Shown piece after piece: positions 23,321 to 33,710 of a stretch of 49,166 nucleotides of DNA. The notes under the pieces were generated by a model, which was not told the DNA's origin, made no database searches, and saw only the letters and a program-made list of their open reading frames with translations. The DNA is from Callorhinchus milii (lineage: Eukaryota). Each line of letters opens with the position of its first letter. Positions within the stretch are counted from its first letter, which is position 1. The stretch covers positions 1-49,166 of the forward strand of contig NW_024705389.1 of the NCBI RefSeq assembly GCF_018977255.1. Reading direction: 5' to 3'. A program made the translations under genes and the position numbers.

Positions 23321-23700
23321 AACACAGAGCTGTGTTTTTCCTATGATTTCAGACTGATGGGACACCTTGTACATTGCGTCATTCACACCAACTGCTTGTC
23401 ACACCGCTGGACAATAATTACACATGGATAGTCACATGAATGGCGAAAATATCAATCAAAAATATGAATGAACAAATCAATAAATGGCATAAACGAGAGG
23501 TTTTCACAACAGAGGTTATAAAACCCGCGTCTCCATTCCTCTTCTTCACGCACTGCGACACTCACACCCCACGCTCGCCCCTGAATCTCTCCAACGAGTG
23601 GATGGCGAGATGCGAGGGGCAATGAGGGTGTCAGAATGTGCACTGTGCATGAGCGTGTCGAGTGGCACATATCTACCAGTCTATACAACTAAACTATTGA

Positions 23701-23989
23701 TTTTACCAGGTAAGGACTCCTTACCTATATAGCTCTTTTTCAGAAGCGACTGGACACAAATAAAAGCCCAATGAAGTGGGTGATCATGTATACATGTATA
23801 GCAGCCACATACTTAAAATGCATGTTTCTAAATGTGGAGGCAAAAATAGTAGGACCCGGACAAAAATCCAAACCACCATAAGGAGAACATGCAGACTCCA
23901 AATATACAGACGTTGTCAGGGTCAGAATCGAACCCACGTCCTCCTATATACCAGGCGAGGTAGTTAACATCTCGCAATTGTGGCGCCCC
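23701..23989 (-). mobile_element. V-SINE-like tRNA-derived SINE
   Basis: Minus strand: B-box GGGTTCGATTC, then V-domain-like TTTGGAGTCTGCATGTTCTCC...CCGGGTCCT...CCTCCACA. Homologous to 32138-32429 and 32786-33070. Confidence 0.75.
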
Positions 23990-24770
23990 ATCTCAGACTG
24001 AGTCGTCTCAGTCAACCCAAGCCACCTGGTTCTGTCCTGTGAACTCCTCCTGAACCTAGCCTGGCACAGCAGTCAACCCATGGCACCCGAGTGTGTCCCC
24101 ACGACCTCCTGCCAGCTAGCCTTCGACACCTCATGTGGCCTCAATGTGCGCCGTTGTGGCATCACCGCCACTCCTATCGTGTGTTTGTATTGTTTGTTGT
24201 TGTAACTTGCTGACCTGCCGTCATCAGATTCCTTCAGTCGAAATAAAGATTCTGATTCTGAACTGTCTGAGTTTGTAGCAGAGTGTTGCAAATCACTACA
24301 CTATTGCTCCCTAAAAAGCAGGAACACACATACACATATATACACAAATACAATCAAAACGACAACGATTCCCCATATAGCCTTTAGTAGACTGTTAGGG
24401 TAAGTGATGTTAGCGAGCACCTATGAAGGCTGCTTTGGCACACGAGGGGATGGGTGGCCAGCACCACGGCTGGTCAGCTTTGTCCCCCCATTGGCGATGT
24501 TTAATACACACCCCACCAGGTACCGTGAGCGATACTCCAACAACGGTTGCTGGGTTGGTAGAAAATTGCGATCACCACTACACTACCGCTCCACACACAC
24601 GTACACACACAAGACAAAGACAAATATCCTTCGTACTAGCTGTTTTGTCCGGGTGTACATTGCAGTAAGTCTGAAATATTCAATATAAAAATTGTTCAGC
24701 TCATGATTATTAATGAGGGGGGGGGGGGTGCCCCATGTGGAGTGACGTCACCCGCTAATGGTTATTTGGG

Positions 24771-27700
24771 GGGAAAATGTCAAAACTGGGTGGTTTTTAA
24801 CTTTTGCCGACAAAACTGGATCCCAAATGTCAAAACTGGGTGGTCTTGGAAAACGACAGGCAAAACAGGGTGGTGCTTTTTGATATGACAAAACTGGGTG
24901 ATGTTCAATGTGGACAAATGTCAAAACTGGGTGAAGAAGGTGTACGATTTAATGTATCATTTTGTACACGTTTAGGTCCTTGCGTTTGTTCATCCATATG
25001 TCGCCACAGATTTAGAGCGTTCCAAATGATGTTTCTCGTGGCTCATGTTCCATACCTTGCACCACAAACTTCCCGTTTGCATACTGGCACAGTGTGCCAG
25101 CTCGCTACTACAGTAACACTTACTTGCCATATGTATACTGGCACAGTGTGCCAGCTTGCAACTACAGTAACACTTTCAGCTCGCGAACATACACGAACTT
25201 GCCATTTGTATACTGGTACAGTGTGCCAGCTTGCATGCTACACCTACTATAGTAGAACAACGGTAGATAGTGTTTGCGTCGAGAAGTATGGTGCTGCACA
25301 CTTAGAACAAAACATGTTTGTTACATATATATAACTACTTCGACGGGCAAGAGCGCTTGTTGTGGCCCTTGGCGCGACAGAAGGAGCACCGCGTGAGGCC
25401 CAATGGGCCACCTTCGCCACGGTTGCGAATCCGACGCTTCTTCGGGCGGCCAGCCTTCTTCTGGCGAGGAGGTGGCATCATGGTGTTGTCGCGTTGCAGC
25501 TCCTCGGCAATGGGCAGCTCGATACCGGCAACCGAGGTCCATGTCGTGTTGATGGCAGAGACTTGGTAACACACCGCACATGCGTCGTAGAGCTCGGGCA
25601 TCCGCCCAAACGCCATGAGGGCACGAATGTAGTGCCGACACGGCAAGCCCATCTGCTTCATGTACCCGCACGTGCACGACCGAGAGCTGAGATCGACTCG
25701 GCGCTTGGCAGAGGCGTAGGCGTCTGGATCCTTGACGTATGCACGCGTCGAGGTACTCTCGTAGACCTTGTACCTCGGGGCCAACGCCTGCTGAGCGTCG
25801 ATGAGTCCTTGAGCGTACGGCGTAATGACACGCCCTTGAGCGGCCCACTTCTCGGCGTTGTTGCGGTGGGCAAAGGCCGTCGTCATCATGTTTTCCATGT
25901 GGTGCATGAGGAAGTGGAAGGGGTCCATCTCGCGAGCCGGCAGGGCCTCGCTGTTCGTGGACTCCACAAAGTTCGTCGTGCGCCAGCCGTACAATGGCGT
26001 CGTGTGCAGGTGCGGGTAGAGCGCCCACGTGTGGGGGTCGATCTTGTTGTAGTACGTGGCCGCCGCAGGCAGAGCTACGCCCAAGCAGCCCAAGGAGCTG
26101 CGGAACGCGGCCTCGGAGGCGCACCCTTGGGCATCGTAGATGATGCCTTGGAGGTCGGGCGTGAACGCGGAGCCGATGTTGTCCACGCCGTTGCAGATCA
26201 AATGCCGCGTGCAGTGGATGAGCATGAGGTCCTTCCAGTCGGAGGCTAGGATGCCCGTGCCACGATCGCAGAAGACCGGCGTGCCGTCGAGCTCGATGTC
26301 GTTGGTCGTGCAGCAGTTGAGAAACCAGTCGTAGGCCGCTGCCGTCTCGGACGGCACCAGCGCCACGGCGAGAAGGACGTTGCGGTTGTTGCCATCGCGC
26401 CCAACGAGGACGAGCATGGTTCCGTTGTAGGCGCGCGCCTTCATGTGCGACCCGTCGATGCCGACGACGCGTTGAAGACTTGGCTGCAACGAGCGTGCGA
26501 TCGGGTTGCAGATGAACGCACCCCAGAAGATGCCCGCGTCTTCTCGCACACTGCAGGTCGTCGCGTTGAGCTTGCTGAACGTCTCCACCAGCGAGTTGAT
26601 GAACTCGAAGCCTGCATGGGCCGCACTCTCATTCGCCGCGATGCACGTGTCCTTGGCGCGGTACATCATCCGGGTCGGGACAATGACGCGAGCAACGTCG
26701 GCGACCTGGGCAATGACAGTCGGTGCGGAGGTACGGGGGTTGGCGCGAAAGGCCAAACGGGCTGTCGTGTTCGCCTCCACTTGGCGCTGCGTGATCTTGG
26801 TAGTGCCCGTGCAGCCGTGGTGATCCGTGCACAGCGCCGAGACGCGGAAGCCGCGTCGTTCCCCCGTGAGCTTCGTCAGCTTCACCTTGAAGGAACAAGG
26901 TGTTGAACTAGAGCAGACGATGGCAACGTGCCGTCCGCCGCTTCGCTTGAGGTCAAGGACCGCGCACTTGCCTTGTTGCAAAGCAAAGTCTTGGATGCCG
27001 TGGATGGCCTCGCGGCGCGTGGTAAAAGTCTTCTTGGGGTGGAGGGTTGCCATTCGAATGTGAGCCGCTCCTCCACCTGTTTCGTGAAAAATGATTGTGA
27101 AAAATCACGTTTCTACGTCTACTTTCAATTTTTCACGAGACAATATGTCTATTTTCATTGCCAGCAATTTGATTTTTCACACAATATTTCCGCCAATCAC
27201 CGTAACGGTGGGCCAAAGGATTGACCAATCAACGAGATGCGCATTCGTTGGTTTGTTCCGCACCATTGGGACCATGGTCAGGAGCGTCAAGCAGGCTGGT
27301 CCATCTCCCAAGGACGTCGCCTTTGTCTCTGTGCTTGGTCGTTTGGCGGGCTATGGTCGAATGCATGGCAAATTTAAGGGTGTACAGTAGCGCGTAGCAT
27401 CAACCAACAATCCAAAAGTTTGGTATTGACGCGAGTCACTACTCTAGGTCATCACGCAAGGTGGCAGTGCGCCCGCCTGGTCGCAAGCCCGCCCCGAGCT
27501 CACTTCCGAGTCCGAGCCGTAGCTTGAAATGTTGGTCGTTGGGGTGCTGGCACACTGTGCCAGCGTACAAATATCACGTGTGTGTAGTTATATGGTGCTG
27601 GCACACTGTGCCAGCATACTAATACCAAGTGTTTAGATGAATGGGGTGCTGGCACAGTGTGCCAGTATACAAATACCAAGTGTTTGGATGAATGGGGTGC

Positions 27701-27874
27701 TGGCACACTGTGCTAGTATACAATTATCAAGTGTATTTGACAAATGTCAAAACTGGGTGCACCCTGAGTGTCCAAAACTCAAGTTTTTGGCCACCCAGGG
27801 TGCACCCAGTTTTGACATTTGGGATCCAGTTTTGTCGGCAAAAGTTAAAAACCACCCAGTTTTGACATTTTCCC
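24771..27874 (-). mobile_element. Autonomous Mutator/MULE DNA transposon, copy 1 (3104 bp)
   Basis: Perfect 72-bp TIRs (24771-24842, 27803-27874) starting GGGAAAATGTCAAAACTGGGTG; perfect 10-bp TSD GTTATTTGGG; intact transposase. Confidence 0.97.
25335..27053 (-). CDS. MuDR-type MULE transposase, 572 aa, intronless
   Basis: N-terminal C..C/H.C DNA-binding domain; DDE triad (GIDGSH, FCDRG, TTNFVES) with CxxH (HCTRH); SWIM finger CTC...LPCRH; GRPKKRR; C-terminal knuckle CSFCRAKGHNKRSC. Confidence 0.95.
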   Translation of the reverse strand: MATLHPKKTFTTRREAIHGIQDFALQQGKCAVLDLKRSGGRHVAIVCSSSTPCSFKVKLTKLTGERRGFRVSALCTDHHGCTGTTKITQRQVEANTTARLAFRANPRTSAPTVIAQVADVARVIVPTRMMYRAKDTCIAANESAAHAGFEFINSLVETFSKLNATTCSVREDAGIFWGAFICNPIARSLQPSLQRVVGIDGSHMKARAYNGTMLVLVGRDGNNRNVLLAVALVPSETAAAYDWFLNCCTTNDIELDGTPVFCDRGTGILASDWKDLMLIHCTRHLICNGVDNIGSAFTPDLQGIIYDAQGCASEAAFRSSLGCLGVALPAAATYYNKIDPHTWALYPHLHTTPLYGWRTTNFVESTNSEALPAREMDPFHFLMHHMENMMTTAFAHRNNAEKWAAQGRVITPYAQGLIDAQQALAPRYKVYESTSTRAYVKDPDAYASAKRRVDLSSRSCTCGYMKQMGLPCRHYIRALMAFGRMPELYDACAVCYQVSAINTTWTSVAGIELPIAEELQRDNTMMPPPRQKKAGRPKKRRIRNRGEGGPLGLTRCSFCRAKGHNKRSCPSK

Positions 27875-28840
27875 GTTATTTGGGAGGGGTGCAGCATGTG
27901 GAGTGACGTCACCTCCTCATGTTTATTGTGGAGGGGTGTGGCATTAGGGGTAATGTCACCCGCTCATGATTATTAATGAGGGGGAAGGGGTGCGGCATGT
28001 GGAGTGCGCGACCTTCATGTGCGTTAGTGTAAATTTCTATACGGGCATGAAAATTAATGAAGGGGGAGGGGGGGGCTCATTTGCAGTGACGTCACGCACG
28101 GATGGAGCACTGCTGCGTAGATTTATTTTTATCATCACTTTCTGTAAAGAAACGTCGTATTTGAAGCGACTTTATGTAATACATTATTTAATGCAGCTCT
28201 ACCTTCCTCTGCGTGTGTAAAAATCCACCCACTCATGAATATTTATGAGGAGGGTGGGCCTCATGTGGAGTGACGTCACGCGCGGGACGGACAGACATTT
28301 CTGGGTGATTATAGTAGGCATTAGCTTTAACAGACTGTTGGGGCAAATGCTGTTGGCTAACGGTACCATTGTTAATGGTGTGATTTAGTGGTGTGGTGAG
28401 TGGGAGCTGTAGATACACGGGGTAGTGGTGATGTAGTGGTATCAAGTATTCCTGTAGGGGTGTGGTATTGTGTTGTAGTGTGTTTGTGGTGAAGTGCCAG
28501 TGGTGTGTGGCGGGGCGCAGTCTGGTGGTGTCGTTGTAATTGAGGGTGTAATCTCAAACGATAGACAGACAGAGAGAGACACACTCCCATGGCCCCCGGA
28601 ACACATATAAACACCCTCAAATGCACACAGTGACACACATGTTATGATAGCAATCTCAGGCACATCATGTAGGGTACAGCCCCTGTCTAAAATGAAAAGA
28701 TTTTCAGGTCCAAACATTAAATCAGTAAATAATGGGAAAAAATCACAGCTAAAGAAGGGTGCAGGCTGAAAAAAAACACACATTCCAAACAAGAAACACT
28801 GATTATTTTCTTTAAAAGCACACGGCCATTTGTGGATATG

Positions 28841-29332
28841 TGTAGTGGCATGGCGCTGGCTGCTGGTGCAAAGGGGTAACTGTGGTGTATGGCAGTACCA
28901 ACGTCAGCAGGCTACGATAGACACAAGAGGGGAACATGTCGAGGAAAGTTCACAGAGGGGGGCCCATCGGCAAGCCTCGGCAACCCGCGAGTAGGTGCCA
29001 GAAAGGGGGCGTGGCCGGGGCGAGGAGACGCTGAGAGTATAAGAGGGGCCCCTGTGAGGGACCTCGTTGCTGTTGCTGGAAGTAGGATCCCCGTCGTGCT
29101 GTTCAAGATAGTCGTCATTACCATCTCGTCGTCGCCATTGTTACTGTCGTCTCGTCGCCATCGTCACTGCGTTGCTAGATAGTTGTTGGCTGTTTCGGTA
29201 CAGCGCCGTCAGTGTTAGACGGTTCGTGCTGTGTATAGGCTAGCAACAGTAGTAGTGTGTATTATCCCGATGGTGCTCGTTAAATAAAATAAGTGCCTCC
29301 AAGTCTTACTGTCTCCGAGTTGAGTCACGACA
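28841..29332 (+). mobile_element. Solo LTR, family B (492 bp)
   Basis: TGTAGTG...CACGACA ends, 4-bp TSD TATG, TATAAG at ~29038, AATAAA at ~29283. The empty paralogous site is at ~35990-36040. Confidence 0.88.
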
Positions 29333-31262
29333 TATGCAAAGAAAATCTCATCAGCATTTTCTGAATACATGCATTGTGGTCCTCTTCGCCTGAGGAAATT
29401 TTCAAATCAACATTATCTGTGCCTCTACTTCTCAAACATTTTATTTTATTTGAATTGTCATCATCATTTGCAAATATTTAATTATTGGTTCCTCCAAACT
29501 CCTAATTATTCCCTGATGCCATACATTTCTGTCCTATCTATCATTCTTCTGCTTTGCTCAAACTCCAACATTCTGATAAGTGCCTCCAAGTCTTACTGTC
29601 TCCGAGTTGAGTCACGACATATGCAAAGAAAATCTCATCAGCATTTTCTGAATACATGCATTGTGGTCCTCTTCGCCTGAGGAAATTTTCAAATCAACAT
29701 TATCTGTGCCTCTACTTCTCAAACATTTTATTTTATTTGAATTGTCATCATCATTTGCAAATATTTTAATTATTGGTTCCTCCAAACTCCTAATTATTCC
29801 CTGATGCCATACATTTCTGTCCTATCTATCATTCTTCTGCTTTGCTCAAACTCCAACATTCTGATGAACATAACAATATGGCATTGGGACAATCTGTTCC
29901 GTCAGTATATAGTTTTCGTTTTCATTTGAATGTCTTTGAATTTTTAGTTTTGACGACCTTTTTCCAATGTATATGTTATCCAGCTCTTTTTTGTACTCCA
30001 ACCCCTTCATCATAATGTCCAGCGTGTAACTACTGTGATCGAAAACCTTTTTTTCTCATATATATTGTTATTATTCCCGTTTACCCAGGAAAACATAATT
30101 GAGTCTAAAGATTATTTTAATGAGGGTCCTGATAAGTATTGACAATAGTCAGGGGCAATGTTGCTGCTGTTATGTAACCCGAATTGAGTGATGTGCAGGT
30201 ACGTTTTCAGCATTTCCATATTTTGTCCAACAACATTTATATTTTCTGGGGCTTTTCGCTGTGGTCGAAAAACCCATGGCGAGCAGGGAAACAGAATAAA
30301 GCTCCACGTAGTCACGCTCACTCACCCTCATGCAGAACAAGGTGAAAACATGCCAACTTCACCTAAAATGGCACCCGAGTCTGGAATGGATTCAGGACTC
30401 TTTCTAGTGCACCACTCTACCTCCCAAAGAAAATATTATTTATTTATTTCGGTCAATATGTGGTGTTGACCTCGGATGCACCTCATGTATCTCCTGAACC
30501 CCATAAATCCGGTGCGTTGGATTGTTGCAGCCAACTGGCTGAGAACCCGTTCCTTCAACAAAGTGCGGGCTTGCGTGAGGCACTATGAGATTCCAGAGAG
30601 ATGACTGGGCATGGACAGAGGCTGTCGCGAGACTCTGCGATGCGATTATGTGAAGGGTTCAGTTTGGTGCGTCTCTCAGATTCAGAATCTCCATTTAAAC
30701 TAGAGGAATCAAATGAGATATGAAGCTCTTGTTCACAGATGTCTCATAGATGCGGGTTAGCATGTTTAAACAAGGAATACAACAATGATAGGAGTGCAAA
30801 ATAGAGAAAAGGAAAGCAGGTCACTAAAAATGAATATAAATATAGTATATAGGTACACATCTAATTTGTTAAAGTTATCTGCCGATTTGTCAACGCCAAA
30901 TGCAAACTTGAGGAAGGCAGCAAAACATCAACAAAAACAGTCCCAGACCACACCAAGACTTCAAGCAGTCGCTTAATTAAATTTTCTGACCTGTGTGGTC
31001 AGTTGATTTTCTGACGTTGCTGCTTCCTACATTGTATTCTACTGCAGTCTAAGTGTTGATTGCAGCTATTGGGTCCTTTGTCGGGGATTTACGTTTGTTT
31101 TTATCGAGTTGTTCATTCAATGCACTGTCGGGGCTTCTTGTTCCTGTAGAGTTCAGGGTTTGCCACGTCGCTCAGCTTTTGAAGGGCATAGAAAGCGATC
31201 GTCAACTTACCCCCATGGTAAATTTGTCCCATGGCGAACCCGCGCTTACCAATCCGCACTGA
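29234..31262 (+). repeat. Segmental duplication copy B, with internal 287-bp tandem duplication
   Basis: Matches 21295-23003; AAGTGCCTCCAAG starts at both 29291 and 29578. Confidence 0.95.
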
Positions 31263-32137
31263 CCAGCCCGCTCTGACCAACCTGTACTGACCAACCCGCA
31301 CTGACCAGCCCACATAGTTTGAGGTGACCCTCATCAAATGTAGATGTCAGAAAATAGCAGATGAGTCTGGAATTGATAACATTGTTTGCTATAGCAACAA
31401 ACAAGATATTTACTCAACGTCAATATGTTGTCGCTGTTTGTAACACCGCCTTCTACCACTAACGACGTCGTGGAAAAAAACCCCGTAAGAGTGGAAAATG
31501 GCGCAAGGACAGAAGGGCCGTTGTCCGAAACGTCTCATATTACACATACTTTTTATTTTAAGACCGCAGCTTTTCTTGATGCATACGTTGATTTTTTTTT
31601 AATGATTGGAGTGGGCGGAGAGTGACATCTATGACTGATTTAGGATGAGTTTAACTGTGGCTAGGAATCGAACTCAGTTTAATGGAGACTGGAGCACCCT
31701 ACACCCCATAGGCTTGCATGATGGATGAGCTGACCCTCTCCCCACCTTCTCCCTCGCACTGTGGTAGAAAGGACTGAAAATATTCGTGCTATTTGAGTAA
31801 AAAATATGTAAAATGAATATATTAGTCACATTTTAAACAATCATGGCCATTTGTGTCACGTTAACTCAACTCCTAAAACAGCTCTGACTCCTGCCCACAC
31901 ACAGCTTGTCGTAGTAATAGTTGTAGTAATAGTAATACTAGTAGTAAGAGTAATAATAATAGTAATCTGTACAAAGTGCCGGTCATCTCACAGCGCTGTA
32001 CAAATACAGCAGTAGCAGCCACTCGGTGGTGGCCATCGCTCAAAAAATTAACAACTACACCAACAACCCAAACGAAGGAAATGCTAAATTAAACATAGTG
32101 AATTGGCTCAAACTCACTACCATTAACTAAGTAACTA

Positions 32138-32429
32138 TTTTTACTTCAAGGCCAAGTGAGCTATGAAAGTATTTTTCAGAAGCAACCTGACCACAAATGA
32201 TAGCCCAAATGAAGTGGATTATCATGTGGAAATATATAGCAGCCAAATACTCTTAACGCATGATTTTTATTCTAAATGTGGAGGGAAACACCGGAGGACC
32301 CGGAGCAAAATCCACGCGACCATGGGGAGAACATGCAAACTCCAAATTTACGGGCGTCAGATTCGGAATCAAACCCACGCCCTCCTGTATACCAAGCCAG
32401 GAAGTTAACATCTCACTACCACAGTGCCC
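32138..32429 (-). mobile_element. V-SINE-like SINE
   Basis: Minus strand: GGGTTTGATTCC B-box, then TTTGGAGTTTGCATGTTCTCCCC...CTCCGGGTCCTCCGGTGTTTCCCTCCACA. Confidence 0.8.
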
Positions 32430-32785
32430 AAAGCTTAATGAAGAGAAGGACAGATACGTTATGAGACAAATTTTATAAAGGATACGCAGACTCAGAGATC
32501 CTGATAACTCAATGGTGAATAATACTGCCTGAGAGGTTGTGTGGCGGCATGGCCATGGTTGGATTTACGTAGGCGCCACGCAAAAGTCAAAGAACAACAC
32601 CCAAAGGAATAATTCAATGCGGGCACTGAGAGGCAGGAAAAGGGACTCAGGAGATTGAATGAAGAACTCGACACAAAACAAACACAAACCCCGACAACGG
32701 ATCCAAAAGCTGCAAGCAACACTTACGAGTGCAGGATAATACAAGTTAGGGAGAAATAAAGTAAGAAAATCAACTGTACCACACA

Positions 32786-33070
32786 GGGCGCCATAGTAAT
32801 GATATGTTAACTACCAGGTCTGTATACAGGAGGTCGGTGATTCGACCCCGACCCTGACGCCAGAATATTTGGAGTTTCGTGTTCTCCCCGGGGTGACGTG
32901 GACTGTTCTCTGGGTCCTCCGGTTTTTCTTTCCACAATTAAAATCAACATGCGTTTAGAGAATTTTCTTGATTTAAATTTACACTTGAAAAGCCACTTCG
33001 TTGTGGCCAGGTCGCTTGTGAAAAAGAGCTCTAAAGCTCAGTGGGCCTTCCCAGGTAAAATAATAAAAAT
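32786..33070 (+). mobile_element. V-SINE-like SINE
   Basis: GATTCGACCCC B-box-like, TTTGGAGTTTCGTGTTCTCCCC...GGGTCCTCCGGTTT, A-rich tail. Confidence 0.75.
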
Positions 33071-33577
33071 AGTTTAGCTTAAAATCTGTTTTAATTAAGG
33101 GACTGTTTTGTCTTGGTGTGGATGGGACTCATTTTGTTGATGATTTGCTACCTTGCCCAAGCTTGCATTTGGTGTTGACAAATCGGCAGGCATGTATATA
33201 CTTATGCAATCTGTACTTTTATACTATATTTGCTTACCTATTCTATATTTTGCACTCCTATCATTGTTGTATTGCTTGTTTTAACTTGCTGACCCGCATA
33301 TATGGGACATTTGTGAAAAATAGCTTCATAGCTCATTAGATTCCTCTTCCAGTCGATAAAAGATTCTCATTCTGAGAGAATTCCTAAACTGAACCCTTCA
33401 CATCATCGCATCGCAGAGTCTCGCGACAGCCTCTGTCCATGCCCAGTCATCTCTCTGGACTCTCAGAGTGCCTCACACAAGCCCGCACTTTGTTGATGGA
33501 CCACAATTCACGTATTCAGGAAATGCTGTATTCCATAAATATTCGTGTGCTTTTAAATAAAATAAAGTGTGTGTCTT

Positions 33578-33710
33578 GACTTAAATCTTTCGTAACTGCA
33601 GGAATTCATATTCTTTTGGTCTTTCGGGAAAACCACGTAGATAAAAATAAAAATAATAACAATATCACGTCGTTTCGATCGCAAACACAAGCAATTGTCT
33701 TTTGGTGAAA
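33578..33710 (-). mobile_element. Old Penelope-like 3' end with decayed hammerhead
   Basis: Diverged reverse complement of the 9322-9472 segment; core mutated (CCAAAAGA...GAAACGACGTG). Confidence 0.65.

Larger units (their letters stand above)
24701..28290. repeat. Degenerate ~50-bp CRE-containing tandem repeat interrupted by MULE copy 1
   Basis: Units TCATG(AT-rich)GAGGGG...CATGTGGAGTGACGTCAC at 24701, 24756 (split by the MULE), ~27917, ~27964, ~28046 and ~28233. Confidence 0.7.

Noticed and set aside
23701..23989. tRNA gene suggested by a B-box
   Set aside because: No cloverleaf; it continues into a SINE body present in three diverged copies.
25321..26906. Overlapping alternative-frame and antisense ORFs (267, 295, 153 aa; 350 aa in copy 2)
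   Set aside because: Shadow ORFs of a GC-rich transposase gene with no recognisable motifs.
27054..27230. Possible oomycete-type Inr/CCAAT promoter upstream of the transposase
   Set aside because: Only short generic matches (TCATTT, GATTGG); not diagnostic of origin.
31500..31540. Hammerhead-like GGACA...TGTCCGAAACGTC
   Set aside because: The CUGANGA core and stem I are missing.
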